DNA of 64,000 nt from Carcharhinus longimanus (Eukaryota): assembly GCA_030264375.1 (NCBI GenBank), contig JASCQW010000190.1, positions 25,666,409-25,730,408 on the forward strand, written 5' to 3'. The position numbers were made by a program, and so were the translations under genes. The notes under the pieces were generated by a model. It was given only the letters and a program-made list of their open reading frames with translations. It was not told the DNA's origin and ran no database searches. Of this stretch, positions 48,591 through 63,046 are shown one piece after another. Position 1 is the first letter of the stretch. Each line of letters starts with the position of its first letter.

Positions 48591-51500
48591 ACTCTTGTTA
48601 AAAGGCATATTTGACTTTGGAGAATGATTTGCAACCCTGAAGCCCTTTTTAAAAATTATAGCAAGCAGCTGTGTAAAAATTAAAATTGTGTTTGTGTTTA
48701 TCATAAAGAGCAACATATTCATTAAAAATCTAAGTTTATATTTTTGAACGTGATTGTATAAGAACCGAGTATAATGGTCATGGCAGGGTGTCAAAAAAAC
48801 CTTGCTCACTGCTGAACTAGATTACCAGCAATTGTCCAAAATAACACCAATTTCAAGATATAGTCATGATTTGGAAAGCTCCAAAATTTACATCAAACAG
48901 CAAGAGTGACTACTCAAGAAAATACACTATGAAAAATTATGAGCATATGCTGATTTGAAATGCATCTTTAAATTCTGACAAAATTTGGAACTTCCAGTAC
49001 ATTTAACAGCATCAGTTCTTCAGTCCAATTATTCTCATCATTCAAAACATGGCTCTGGTATCCTGGCTCACAAAGGATTCCATATTTTTAAAGAGTTGAA
49101 GGAAAACTATGACAAGAGCATAGTGCTGGTAATATTAACCAGACCGTCTCAAATACATATCATACACAAACATGTTCCACACCACATCTTTATCATCTGC
49201 TTATCACTAATTTATCAGGTTTCTCCTGATGCACTAGAGCCTCAGATACTTAAGACTTGCTGAGCTGCTTAATTTATCACACTTTGTAGTTCTGGAAAGC
49301 ATCCATCAAACAGTCGAGTTTCTTTAGAAGGAAAAGAAATTTTTAAGAGTTTTTTTTAGGAAACTTCACAGATAACACGAAAAGAACATTTAACTGCAAT
49401 GTAATATCAGAATGTCATGATATGAAGCAACTTGCATAATCAAGCCACGCAAACAGGAAAACAGGTCCTCAAAAGTAGAGTGATGATTGGAGAACTTTTA
49501 ACCACTAAACATGAAAAAAAATCTCTAAAACTGTTGAAGTAACACATTTGGCACGAAAATGAAATGTACGCCAGGAAAAGAAAATACAAAACTGCCATTA
49601 ACTATTCCATTCCAGAACCAGGAGATTTTTTTTGACCTTAAGTCATAGCTAGCAAATTAACCAAAAGATGCCCCATATGTTTCCTTCTTTTGAGCAGCAA
49701 GTAAATGTCTTACTTGTGTTACCAGGGAATGTCAGTTGGGTTCTGAATGGGGCACACATTTAGAAGATAAACTCCGTCAAGGCAAGGTATCTCTTTCTTT
49801 CTTACTGCATCATCACAAAAAAAGTAAATACTCAATGGACCTCAAGGTGGAAGCAATTTTTAAAAAAAATTTGTTCATGGGATGTGAGCATTGCTGGCTA
49901 GCTCAGCATTTTTTTGCTCAATCCTAATTGCCCTTGAACTGAATGGCTTGCTGGGCTAGTTTCAGAAGGCAGTCAAGAGCCAATCATATTGTGGTGGCTA
50001 ACATCAACAAAAGGGAAGTAAAATCGCTCATCATCTGTGTATTTCTGAAATAAGCGAGTCAGGGGATGCTCAACTGACTCTTAGCCCTTTATATTCTGTT
50101 CTCCCTTTCCCACACATTCTTTTCCAAATTTTTAATCTTCTTTTAATGACTTAATTATTCCAGATTTGGTTTCATCCAAGTTATTTTAAGACATAGCCTT
50201 TGCGCTTAGTTTATATCTCCTTGTTAGCTCAGACACACAAGCAGAAAAGTGGACTTAAACTTGAAGCTGAAAGCACCCCCAATAACCCAGTTAGGTTATC
50301 CACTAAGCAAGTGAACTCTGCAGTTCTGGAAGTTTCAACATTCAATTCCAAGTGTATGCAGTGTTGACCGATAGCAAACAAGTGGTGTGATGTAACTGGC
50401 ATTAGTGCTCCAAGATAATGCACAGAATTCCCATTTCTGGTCATCACTAATCCTCTTCCGGGAATATCTGTGAAAGGACCGTTAGTCCTATTTCGGGTTA
50501 GATGAATCTCGACATTGTAAATTTTCTCTTAATTAGGAATTTGCAGCCTGCCAATACTGTGACAATTCTAATTTGGCTTCTTTCCTGGGAAGGCAGAAAG
50601 AGGATAAGATGTGAAATACATAAAGTGGTCTGGAATTTGGAAAGGAAATGATTCATTGCTGTTATGTCAATTGCTTGTAGGCTGCACACCCACATCAAGA
50701 CAAAACACCTCGACTCTTTTGGCAAGTAATAATTTAGGACCAAGCAAGTTGTATCATCTAACAAAGGCAGTAGATGTAATGCCTGTTCAGGTAATGGAAA
50801 TAATTAATATCTATCGCCAAGATGTCATGTACCTATATTTACAGTCTATGGACTCTGCAATTGTCTTGTCAGGAACAAGATTCTTGTGGTTTTGCTTTGT
50901 AATAAAGTTACAAATGTTTATCAGTATTTTGAAAAGCCAACATAGTGCATTTTACATTCTGTTTTTGGTTGATACTTCTGATTAACTGTGGACGCAGCTT
51001 CTTATCTTCCTTTTGGATTTGCTCAATAACAGAAGAGAGGCTGAAAAACTAACAATACGCCCCGTGTCATTAGTTTCNNNNNNNNNNATAGTAACTAAAA
51101 ACATCACTGGTCCAAGTTGGGGTGGTGTGCGAATTGAAGGCTATTGTATTCCCATAATATACTGCCTTTGTCCTTGTTGATAAACAGCATGGGGAGGGAG
51201 CTGCTGTTGCATGATGAGTTGCTGCAGTATATCTTGTAGATTATGCATTACAGTGCGCCAGTGAAAGATGGGGTGGGTACCAAGTCCAGTGGCAGGAGCA
51301 CTGATCAAGTGAAATGCTGCCAAAGCTTCAGGGGTGTGATTATGGCTGCACCCAACCAAGTAAGCATTCCAACACACTCCTGCACTGCGTATCATAGATA
51401 TGGAGAAGGTCCAGGAGTCATAAATTTCTCAATCTTTGGCCAGCTCTCAGCCACGTGTCAATATCTGGTTCAATTCAATGCAGCTTCTGGTCAATTCAAT

Positions 51501-52149
51501 AATGTCAGTGAAGATGTTGATAATGGAGGATTGGGCCGTAGTGAGTACCTTTGAATACCAAGCGAGATGGATGTACTCTCTCTTATTTGACAGAGTCATT
51601 ACTGAGCAAACTGTCACTTGTCAGCAAGTGACTGTCACCAAGACTGGACATTTTACAGATCTCCTGTAGGCTGGGAGGAGAAAGGCATGGAATGGAACAC
51701 TGGAACTGTTAGAAAATATCCCCATTTCTGACCTTGCTTCCCCCCACCCCCTCGACTGCCATAGCTTTCAGTTTTGCTTGGGTTTTTTCACTAAGACTTT
51801 GTCAAATGTCACCTTGATGTTAAACGCAGCAATTCTCATTTTCTATTGGAGTTCTGCTCTTCAGCCAATTTCTGGGTCAATGCTGTTGCCGTGATTTTAA
51901 TGCAATTCAAATTGAACATCAGTGAGCAGATTATTGGTGAGAAGCTGATAAATTAGTCATTAACTAGGTTAGATATATCCACACAAAATCTTGTCTTAAT
52001 TGACTTATGTTCCGCCATAAAGAGGATCTCTATTCTTGAAAGTGATGAGTAATCAAAGATTGGGTTTTCCTGTTCAAGCCATGAAGCCGATGTACGGCAT
52101 CTTTCTAAGCAAAGATGCGAGTGCCAGGACATTGCAGCTGATCTTCCTG

Positions 52150-52750
52150 CATGAGGACAATTAAGCTGCCTTTTCTGGGAACATCATCCAGTTAGTGATG
52201 GCAGGTGACCAGAGGATGCGGCATTGTCAATCAGAGCTAAGTGAAGGATGGTTGGCAGAGCCACTGCGATACTGCGTCGCTGAGGTGGATGGAGAAGCAG
52301 AGAATGACACAAAATGGGTGTCGTCATATTACTGATGAAACCGCAGCCAATCCCTTATAGGTGGATCCATCTATAGGCGACAAGCAAATACAAGCATCTG
52401 CCTGCAAATATCCTCAGGATTGGAAATGTTGTCCTTAAAAGTGACCGCTGCACATGAATCACATGGTGCTCCGATCTTCTGCTCTCCTCACGTTTCCTGA
52501 GAGTTGCCGATCCATGGCTCAGTGAGGTACCATGTGATGCCAGCAAATTTCCATTCCCTTCCAAAAATATCCATTGATTTGTCTCCCCTTACCATAATTG
52601 GCTTCTCACTGTGTTAGGTAGGCTGCCATTACTGTTCTGAAGTCATTAAAAGAGTGAGGAGGTGGGAACATATTGGACAGCTAAGCCAACACTTTTGGTT
52701 TTCCACTTCCATGATCTTAGACAAAGCCGCCTCCAGAGTACATGGTAAAT
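52150..52750 (+). pseudogene. Possible decayed HARBI1-like (Harbinger) transposase remnant
   Basis: Ordered degenerate motifs resembling RFPGSCHD (cgtttcctgagagttgccga), WLLT (tggcttctcact), IG.LK (attggacagctaag) and FRCLD (ttccatgatcttagac); many frameshifts. Confidence 0.38.
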
Positions 52751-53633
52751 CCTCCCTCCTCCACAAACATTCAATCTTATATTCTTTCTTTCAATTGATT
52801 CATTTTATCACATTCTATTTAAAAAAACTAATTTCAGTCTGAATTATATGACGCCTTTGTTTTATGTTCTCCTAATTCTGGAGTGCATAGCAGCATCTGT
52901 ACTATTTTCAATGCATCGTTAACAAGGTTTATGGTTCACACTGCAGCCTTCCATTACAGTTCAGTTCACAGGGAGATTATGCTATGTGTATGAAAATGTT
53001 TTTTTCCTTTCATAAGAGAAAAATACCTGGAATGAAGTTAAATCATGAGACACAAACATGATGGCCTTCCACCAGTGAATCGTCAACTGACCGCATTGAT
53101 ATAGAACATACTAATATTGGTCACTTCAGCAGAAGATGTCTGGCACCAACAAGAAATCAATGTCTTCAGGAGAAATGGGGAAGAGCAAAACTGATAGGGA
53201 AAGGCAAAGATCTATAGCTCCCAGATCCACTGCTGCCTGTGGAGCAAATTTTTTTCTTGGTGTCAGAGTGATGACCAACATAGTATGGTAATCCACCTGA
53301 AGAGAAATGAATTCACTATAATATACTCTTAAATTTAAGAAAACATTATTTATCTAATTTATAATGATAGCAATCAAACTTTAAAAAGGATTAATTGATA
53401 AAAAGATTAACCGATGTGCAGCAGTTTCTAACAAATTTAATCCCACATTTCCCCAAATACAAAAGCTCGTAAAATAGCATTTTAAAAAATATACAATGCT
53501 GGAACAGAACTAAACTAAACCAAAAAGAACTAAACAGTTCATTCTAAATGTATGGCAACGCAATTTCTCTGGGCATGTGGGACAAAAAAAGTCCATAAGA
53601 TCATTTTACTGTGTTAATTACTGTTAAAAAAAT

Positions 53634-53800
53634 GGAAGTCTCACAACACCAGGTTAAAGTCCAACAGTTTATTTGGTACAAAGCCACTAGCTTTGAGTGT
53701 TGCTCCTTTGTCAGGTAAGTGGGAGTTCTGTTCACAGAACCTGACATTGAGAGACTTCTGATTGTGTTTATTCCAGTCCAACGCCGGCATCTCCACATCA
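53634..53800. mobile_element. Penelope-type element, degenerate copy of the same family
   Basis: tcacaacaccaggttaaagtccaacag...ccagtccaacgccggcatctccacatca; hammerhead core decayed (ctgacaa...caaagct on minus strand). Confidence 0.65.
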
Positions 53801-56800
53801 AAGAAACAGAAAACAGGTAGCATGCTTAAATATTATATTTTTAATGAAATGTTCAATGAATGTCAAAATGTGCAACCAAGTTTAAGAAAGCTCTAAAGCT
53901 TCCAGTTTGGCCTTGGCTGATTTGAAACTTGCCAACTGCGATCCCAATTACAATCAGAATATGAAAAATAGGTTGATTAAGACTCAACAGCAAAAATAAT
54001 TCAACATTACATTTTATTCCACTGATTTTCTTGCGATATAAGTACTATTAAAACTATTTGAGGAATACTCAATTAGAGAACCCTCTAATTGAAACATGAC
54101 ATATGTCCTTCAATCGAATGGGGATATCAGCACAAAGCATTTAACAAGCTGTTTTCACGAATCCAACCTTACTTCCAATTATTGAAGGTGGCATGTTTTA
54201 CTCAGCTATTTGACTTAGTTAAAATAGAATACATTTTATTCTTTTGCTTTGTTAGCAGGTCAGTGAGGTCACTGATGACCTTTAAAATATTTTTGCAAAA
54301 GCGAAATGTTTCAGTTATTTTAAAATCCTACAGACCAATGTATCAAAGCCTATTTTGTTCCTGTGGCTACATAGGCCTATTGACTCTTGCCCTTGACCCA
54401 ATGATTTTGCAGTGATAGTTTGGAAACTTTCAAGTAGCTGATAAGGGTTTGTATAGATTAACAGGACCTGTTATGACTGAGAGTAACTCAGACCTAGCAG
54501 GAAAGATGGCTTGAAAGAATATTTTAACACTGCAGGATTAAACTGAGGCTGAAACCGTCTTGTAGCTGTGACTGGCTCCAACAATCATGTCAGAATAACA
54601 ATCCATTGAAAAGTAACTTCCACATGTTAGACTACAGGGTGCCAATAGACAGAAAAGCCAAATTTGACTTCCAAATTTAACCATTTAAAATTAAATAATT
54701 TTCCAAAACAGCAACTTTATAAATCATATTTTAACACATTATGTGGGGGTATGGTACGAACAGGCACCGGGGGTTCAGAACAGGTTACAACATGTAAGAG
54801 AGGAGAATGAAAGAATCTGCATTTATACAGCATATTTGCTGTATACAGCCTTATGATGCACCAACACTCTTAACGAAGTTCTTCTCGAGTTTTGTAGTTT
54901 CAGATCAGAAACACTTTGATGACGTGTTCACTCAATCTTATAAACTGCTAGAGCTTGAAGCTGATTTTTTTGATCAAAAAGGGTTAACTTTCTCTTCGAA
55001 AGTCAGTCCTGCACCATGTACTTTTAAAACAAAATAGAAGTTGAAAAGATTTGTGCATCTTTATTAATCAACCGATTGATGAGCTTTAATTCAGCTACAT
55101 CCTCACTGGACTGAAAATACTGCTGCTCATTACATAAAACAAAGATAAGCACACCACCGGAACTCAACAAATATGTAGATAGAAGTTAAAATCTTGGAAA
55201 TGAATGTGTATCAGCCAGGAATCAATCATTTTCGACTTGGTGTACCAACAGCCTCCCAGAAGCATGGCGCCTGAGGGAGATAAAGCTCAGACTAGAGAGA
55301 TAAGGGTTAATCTGTATTTAATTCGAGATGATGATGAACAGGACATTTAATGAACTCAGAAATATAGATTTTTTTTATGTAATCATGTTATGTTCTCATA
55401 TACCAGACAACTGTGGTTGCGTTAATTACCAGCTTAACAATTTTCCCTTATCAGAAACACTCATTTGACCGGAATTTATATTAAAATACTTCCAAATCAT
55501 ACCAGGGGAAAAATAGTTTGATGTTTTTCATACTCACTGAACATTATCATGCAAGCTAACTGTTTATAGTTTTAACTAAGTGTTAAATTCTTCCTGTCTT
55601 TCTATATTGTCTGAAGTGTGGCAGCAATTTAAATTTTGCCTATGTCAATTTGATGAAATCCCAAGTAGTAAAATATTTAGCATGTGGAATTATCTGCACG
55701 AAAGATGCAATATAATGCTCGCACCAAGAACAAGCCATCACAGCTGTAAATAGCAAATATTAAAACTGGGTTACACAATAGGGTAATTACAGGTCAAACT
55801 CCAGTTTAATTCCAGATCAGAGAAGATTAAATTTCCATTGGCCCTTTATGAGTAGCAGGCCACAGGACATCTCAGCAGAGAGATGATATGCGAGGCACTT
55901 TAAATAAGATTTAGGGATGAGATGCATTTTTGTAACACAGACCTTCATGGGTAAGAAAGTAATATTCTATACTTAAGCTAACTCTGACAGGAATTCTGCC
56001 AACGTTGGCTATTCAAAATTGAAAATGTCCATTTCCTTCATGAAGTTTATCTTCATGAAATCATTTTTTACCCATACAGCTTGAATGCTAAGCATCGCCT
56101 GCAATTTCTCATGTCAGGTCATTCCACATGGGCCGATGTGTACAGAAACACAACTTATTCTAATGGTGATTATGATTATGGGAGGCATGCTAATGGGAGC
56201 TTGCTTGTCTTGCCTACTAAAGAGATCTTCATTGCAATTTGTTTTTCAGTCCATTTGGGGAAAGTGGTATGGTTCCCACTCTTCCAGCATTTTCACACCT
56301 GCAAATAGAGACGTGCATTCCCCTGGCTACAGGTGAAATGTGTCATGACCAGTCTTCTCTGACAGCTAGCATCAGAAGTCTAAATGAAGTGGATTTGGGA
56401 ATCTCAATCCAGTTTCTCATGTACAGCACTGAACGCAAACTCAAGGAAATCATAATATATTTGGTGTGTGAAAAGCAATGTCATTACTGCAGTCGTCTCA
56501 GCTGAGGCACATGGCTGAGAAAGTAGTGGGTCCTTCAGTCAACATTTGGGGACGCTATCCTGATATGGGGGTGCCTGATGGCAGCACTGCATATTTAAAA
56601 TTAGAAGGGCTTTATCCCCATCTTAAACACCCCTCATTTTGACGAGCACCAAAAAAGACAGTATTTGGAAATATTACTGAGTTTATGTTATGCCAGTACT
56701 ACCAGTAAATTAACATAAAATTATATACTGGAAAGAATAAAATATATGATGTTGTTAGGAGATATTATTTTACAACTGTTCAATACTAAAATAGTCATTA

Positions 56801-57095
56801 ATAAAGGATCTCCATTTCTGTGAATTTGTTCCAAGTACTTCTTTCCTAACTGGATTCTCTGTTAATCAGAAAATAGCTTTACCAAAATATCTCAAAAGAG
56901 ATATTAAAATCAGTTACATTTGTCATGCATGTCGCATCTGCCATCTACCTTGTGATTATCAAAACAATTGTCTTCTTCCTCACTGGTTAAATGTCCAACT
57001 CTGTGATTTTCTTTACTTCTCCATAATTACAACCTTGTCAAAAATCTAACATACAGATTTCATCAAAGCACGCTCTCCNNNNNNNNNNTCACTCA

Positions 57096-57355
57096 TTTAT
57101 CTATTAGTATCCCAAGTAAGCTTATAATAACACTGCAATGAAGTTACTGTGAAAATCCCCTAGCTGCCACACTCTGGCACCTGTTCAGGTACACTGAGGG
57201 AGAATTTAGCATGGCCTACATCTTTTGGACTGTGGGAGGAAACCCTCACAGATATGGGGAGAACGTGCAGACTCTGCACAAACAGTGACCCAAACTGGGA
57301 ATCGAACCCAGATCCCTGGCCCTGTGAAGTAGCAATGCTAACTACTGTGCTGCCC
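57096..57355 (-). mobile_element. V-SINE, alternative-tail subfamily
   Basis: Reverse complement of the 12208-12503 type. Confidence 0.83.
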
Positions 57356-58829
57356 TATTTGCATTTGCAGAGATACCACTTACACTACAGATCCACACTC
57401 ATCCCATATTCCTAAAACATCCAAAACGCACAATAATGTTTGCAAAAAGACAAAACCTCGCCACAGATTGGCTCGTACAGTTTCACCCCTCCACCCACAA
57501 ACGGCGTCTTGTAACTCACCAGATACCTGAGCAACGTGGGGTCAGTCTTTGAATGACTATTTTCCAAGGCCTCTCCTGCCCCTCACCCCCTCAAAATACT
57601 TCACGGCTGCCAAACAGCCATCCCAAGTCTGGAGGCAAAATGCAAATAAATTCCAAATAGTCACAGCTCCCAAGGATGGGAAAATGATTGTTTTTTTTTA
57701 AAAACAGCTCCATTCAGGGAAGCTAGGAGATCACAGGCCAGTCAAATTGGTGCTCCCCTCATTAAAAAAAAGTATTAGAAACTTATTACTTGGATTACCG
57801 CAATTTCATTGATCTAATTTTATTTTGACTTCAGTTTTGTAGGCTTTCATTTGATGTTTATAATTCGGAAAGCATAATGACAGGATGACAGATTAAGAGC
57901 AATGTGACATTGATGTAAACTTAATTCCTGATTACTGGAGACGTAGTGGGAAGTGTGGGAGAGTGGTCTGGGGAAGGGAAGATGACTAGACATATAAAAA
58001 AAAAGTGGATTGTTGCTGCTAATTGCTGAAGTTTCTGCCAACATGGGATGATCTATCCCTGCATGGAATCAGACATATAGAATGAAGGCCACGTAGCTAA
58101 CAGTTTATAAAATAAACTCAAGGAAGTATTACATGCTGCGTGATTAATTGCATTTTTTTTTCAGGGGCAGGGAAGGGTTATTCACTCGGATTATTCATCA
58201 GGAATTCAAAGAAAGTGCACCATGAATGATCCTTATTGGCACAGCACAGTAATAATTTAGCAAGACATTTTTGCCGAGAAAGAAAGCCAGAAATAAATTA
58301 AATAAAACTTGCTCCAAAATAATTTGCTTGACAATAGGATCAATGGAAAACACCTCATAAATGCCTAAACTTTGTGGTCAGTTAATATCAGAACTGGAAA
58401 TGTTGAGTACATCTCCGAGACACATTGGAAGATAAATGACCAAACCATACCTCAAGGATGACACAAACTTTAGGGCTGGAATGTAACTGTTCCATAAAAA
58501 TGGCAAGAAAAGCGATGATTTGTTTTATATTTAAAGAAAAAGAAAAGCCAGAGATTGAGTAAAGACACTGAAAAGAGGATCAGATGAGGGCATGACAACT
58601 AACTGCGCACAAATGCAAAACTGCAAAATACGTTTCTCTTGTCTCAGCTTTTAAGCAAGAAGTCAACTTATTTGATTTGGAAAGAATGACAGTGAAGAGC
58701 AGAGGTAAGTTGTGATATTATTCTCATTGCTAGCAGCACGGTAACTGCCCAGCTGTGTGCACAAGGGTTGGTGACTAAGATTAATCATTTTTCTTTGAAA
58801 AGGTGTGTAAAATAGTCAGAGGAATGTCT

Positions 58830-60320
58830 GTGGACTTTAATTGTACAGACTTTCATAAGGCATTTGATAAAGTACCTCATAAGACTCAGCTAAACTTGAA
58901 ACTCATGGAATTGAAGGCACATTTGGTTAGAAATGGGTAAAGCAACAGGAGACAGAGTAGGTATAATGGGCAGGTAGTCTGGGATTGGCTCATCTTCAAG
59001 AATCTGTCTTGCAGTCTCAATTATTCACCGTATTTCATGGGATAGAAATGACATATCTAAATTTGTTGATGACACAAAGGTAGGTGGCATTGTATGCAGT
59101 GTAAATTGAAGGATAAAATGAAGACAACATATTAAGTCAATGGACAAAAAGTATGAAAAATAGAATTCAGTGTAGGCAAATGGAAGCTCATCCAGTTTAG
59201 ATTTAGAAACAGATACAACAGGGTACTTTCTACATGATCGAAAGCTAGAAGCAATGGAGGTCCAAAGTTACGTGGGAGTCTGAGTACATAGAGTATTAAA
59301 CTGTTCTCAACAGGCACAGAAAATAATCAATAGGGCTAATGGAATGATGGCCTTTAGAGAGCAAGAATAAGAGGGGATGGATCCTATACTCCAGATATAC
59401 ATAAAGAATGATTAAACCACATCTGGAATCCTGGGAGCAGTTCTGAGCAACATACCTTAGGAAGGATAAATTGGTATTAGAAGAGAGCACTGTAGATTTA
59501 TCAGGATGATGTTCAGACTCCAAAGATCAAAGTGAGATTGTATTCTCTGGAATTTAGAAGATTATGGGGTGATTTAATTGAAGGTTTCAAGATATTAATG
59601 GGCACAGGTAAGTAGATAAAGAAACTATTTCTGGTTGTCGAACGGAGTTTGAGGGGCATAGACTAAACATTAAAGTCAGATCTTTGAAACTGAAATTTGG
59701 AAACACTACTATGCCCAAAGGGAGTTCATAACACTCTTTTGCAAATGATAATTGATGCTAGATTAATTGTTAATTTTAAATGAGATTTTTGGATATTTTT
59801 AATTAAAGGGGTCTTCACGGAGGAGGACGTGAATAATTTGCCGGATGTTAGAGATGGAAAGGTGGTAGGGCTGGAGGGTCTCGATGACATTACTGTTACT
59901 AGAGAGGTGGTGCTCGACAGACTGGAGGGGCTGATTGTGGACAAGTCCCCAGGACCGGATGGAATGCATCCGAGGGTCCTGAAAGAAATGGCGGAGGTGA
60001 TAGTGGATGCCTTGGTGGTTATTTTCCAGACGTCGCTGGATTCCGGGGAAGTGCNNNNNNNNNNNNNNNNNNNNNNNNNNNNNNNNNNNNNNNNNNNNNN
60101 NNNNNNNNNNNNNNNNNNNNNNNNNNNNNNNNNNNNNNNNNNNNNNNNNNNNNNATGATCTTATTGAATGGCAGGGCAGGCTCGAAGGGCTAGTTGGCCT
60201 ACTCCTGCTCCTATTTCTTATGTTCTTATGAAGACGGGTTATATAAAGTTGGGTCGCAGGTCAACCATGATCTCACTGAATGACAGCACAGGTCTGAGGC
60301 AGTGAGTGGCTTCCTGTTCT
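58830..60320 (+). mobile_element. Old CR1 3' half, interrupted by the young CR1
   Basis: DF.KAFDKVPH (gactttcataaggcatttgataaagtacctca), SKF.DDTK (tctaaatttgttgatgacacaaag); its tail resumes at 60231-60320. Confidence 0.78.
59809..60230 (+). mobile_element. Young CR1 LINE spanning an N gap, nested in an old CR1
   Basis: ORF2 fragment VDKSPGPDGMHPRVLKEMAEVIVDALVVIFQTSLDSGEV, CpG-rich; tail at 60155-60230. Confidence 0.88.
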
Positions 60321-60589
60321 CAGCGCTTAAATCTCAGGGTCTGATTAAGGCGAGTCTGAAGAACTTAGGGTAGAAATTACAGAAACTCTTCCAGAGATCA
60401 CTGAATACCAGAGAAGACAAAGTTTGAAGTAAAGTAGAAGTGACGCAGTAAGCCACATATCACAGAGTTTGATATCCATCGAAGAAACACTGCCTGTGCG
60501 AAACCAGCATGAAGTTACTGGATAATTTAGTAAGGTGAACAATAACTGTTGAAATGATTACGAGAGCATTTGGATAGAAATAAAACCAA

Positions 60590-61190
60590 ACAGTTTATTC
60601 CAGATGGGTTTTTGGAAAGGTAATTTTATCAATCTAATTTGTTGGATTTATTTGATGATGTGACAAATGAGCTTAATGCATCTGAAGGGTCCAGCAATTA
60701 AATAAATAGCTCCTACACTACAAAAAAAAATCAACTGACTTGAATGCATTACGGTCAATACTAAGCAAAAATCATCACTTAGTGCTGTCCTTTACGTATC
60801 ATTGGAGGAATCACACTTAGAATACTGCATACAGTACAAAAAGGATATTGCAGTTATTGGAATGATACAGATGAGAGCAAAAAGGATGACTGACTGATAG
60901 AATTGGATTATGAAGAGCGATCACAAATTATACAATTTTAATATAAAAGATTGGGAGAAAAGCAAGCAACAATGCCATTTTTAGAATGGGGATAGATAAT
61001 GAGCTGCAGGACCAGAGGACATGACTTGTGCTTGAAGGAGAGTATATTCAGAAGTAATGTGCAGAAGCATCACTTGAGTAAGTGAGCAGTAAAACCACGG
61101 AGCAGGCCCCAAGAGGTGGTGGAAGCACTTAGTTTTGATTAATTCAAGGACAAATTAGATGCTTTCATTCAGAAAGCATGTTGAAATACA
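60590..61190 (+). mobile_element. Very old CR1 remnant
   Basis: Traces of HGF..G.SC..NLL.FF and cacacttagaatactgcatacag (PHLEYC.Q). Confidence 0.5.
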
Positions 61191-63046
61191 AAAACAAGTA
61201 ATTTGAGGAATGATGAATGTTACATACAACATGCTTGGGAACCACAGGTGAACCACAAACCTTCAGTTTGCCAAGATTTTCATTTGTAGGAGCTTCTTTC
61301 GGTAATTAATAGTGTTCAAATTAATTTTGTGTGCACTGTATTTTTGTAGCGAATTTTTTACTTCCTAACATTTATGCAATTGTGGTAAGTAAGCAAGTGC
61401 ATTTATTTTATTAACTACAGCATATCATCTCCCAGACAATGCATTCCAGATCTTGAACATTCATGTGTGAAAAAGCTTTTCTTCATGTTACCTTTACTTC
61501 TTTTGCCAATTTCTTTAAATCTACGGTCTCTTTTTGAGTGTGGGCTGGAGGCAGGTTCAACTGAGCCATTAAAGAGGGAACTGAATTGTTACCTGAAAAG
61601 GAAGTGTGGGCAGAGCTACAGAGACAAAGCGGGTGAGAGACACTAGGTAAACTGATCCTACAAAAAGCCAGTGCAGACATGATGGGCTGAATGTGCTACA
61701 ACAATGCTGTGATTTTATGATCATGTGCTTATCTGCACAGATTTACTTATTTAACTAATGTTGCGTGGATCCAAAACATCTTTACCTAACCATGGCTACT
61801 GAGGATTATACTAGTAATGTGTTTGTTTAAAAAAAAAGAAAAATTAATTGATGAGCAAAACACATTGTAGATTCACCAGTTTTATAGAACAAATTAAAAT
61901 TGAATAGCGCATTTATGCTTTTGGGGGGTCACAGAGTCTTTAAAAAGTTAAGGTTGGCCTTTTTAGGACTTTTGAATGCATTTCCAACTCAATTAAAATT
62001 GGTTTCAGCACTTCTCACATCCATCCTTAATTAGCATATGCAATAGATCTTATTCATTGACAGATTGAGAAAATCTATGCCTTCCTGCTCAATGTACAAT
62101 GCAGCAATAATCACAAGTGATTTAGCAGCTCCCCGCCAGTTGGAAAATCAAGTTCCTGTTCTTGAAATCTGGACTGTAATCAACATTTTGACCACCATCA
62201 CGTTAGACTTTTGAGAGATTGCAATGTTATAATAGTTCAAGTGAAGCAATGTATTGTTCCATTCTGGCATAGAAGTATATTTCAGTTTACAGTGCATTTG
62301 ACACGTCGAATCAACGTTTGAATATAATTTATGTAAAAACCTGCCAAGAAAAATAAATTCATGATGTACCAGTACAACTGCAACGCACGAGGCCAGTGAA
62401 AAGGTCAAAGCACTTTTGAGTCAAAGGGGCTGTTCAAAATTCAGTCATGACAAAAAAGAAACTATACTGTGATGAGCACTGCAATTTTATTCTTTGAACG
62501 GAAGTTCTCCTTTACACTGTTACAACGGTTCAACCACAGAAAAACACTCCTTCCACCACCCGCATGTTATTTCCTACACCCCTCGACTGGAAACCGAATG
62601 CCAAATTGCAAGCAACTGCATGCAATGCATCAGACAATAGGAACTAGGTTGAAAATTAAATCGACTGAAAATTAATTGAACTGGAAATAAAAAAAGTGTA
62701 AAGTGAGTAATCCATCTAAAGTATAATGGAAACACTAGTATTTTGAGCTACTTCCTCGGATGTGCATGGCACCAACACTTAATTCATTGACTGTTGTATT
62801 CTCAGATGTTCATTGGTTAGTTGCCAGTGCAAAGCAAATGGCAGTGACTTCAGAGTTGTTGAAGATAATGAGTCAAACTCAATGAGAGCCAATGGAGTAT
62901 GAAGCAATTTCTCCATGAAACATAATTGACAATACTTATTCTATGTAAGCAAAGCTCAAGCTTTCAGAATTAATTTCTTGCCAGATAATTTTTAAAAAAA
63001 ATATAATGGTATGAACTGTGGTACACAAAAAAAAATTACATCCTAC

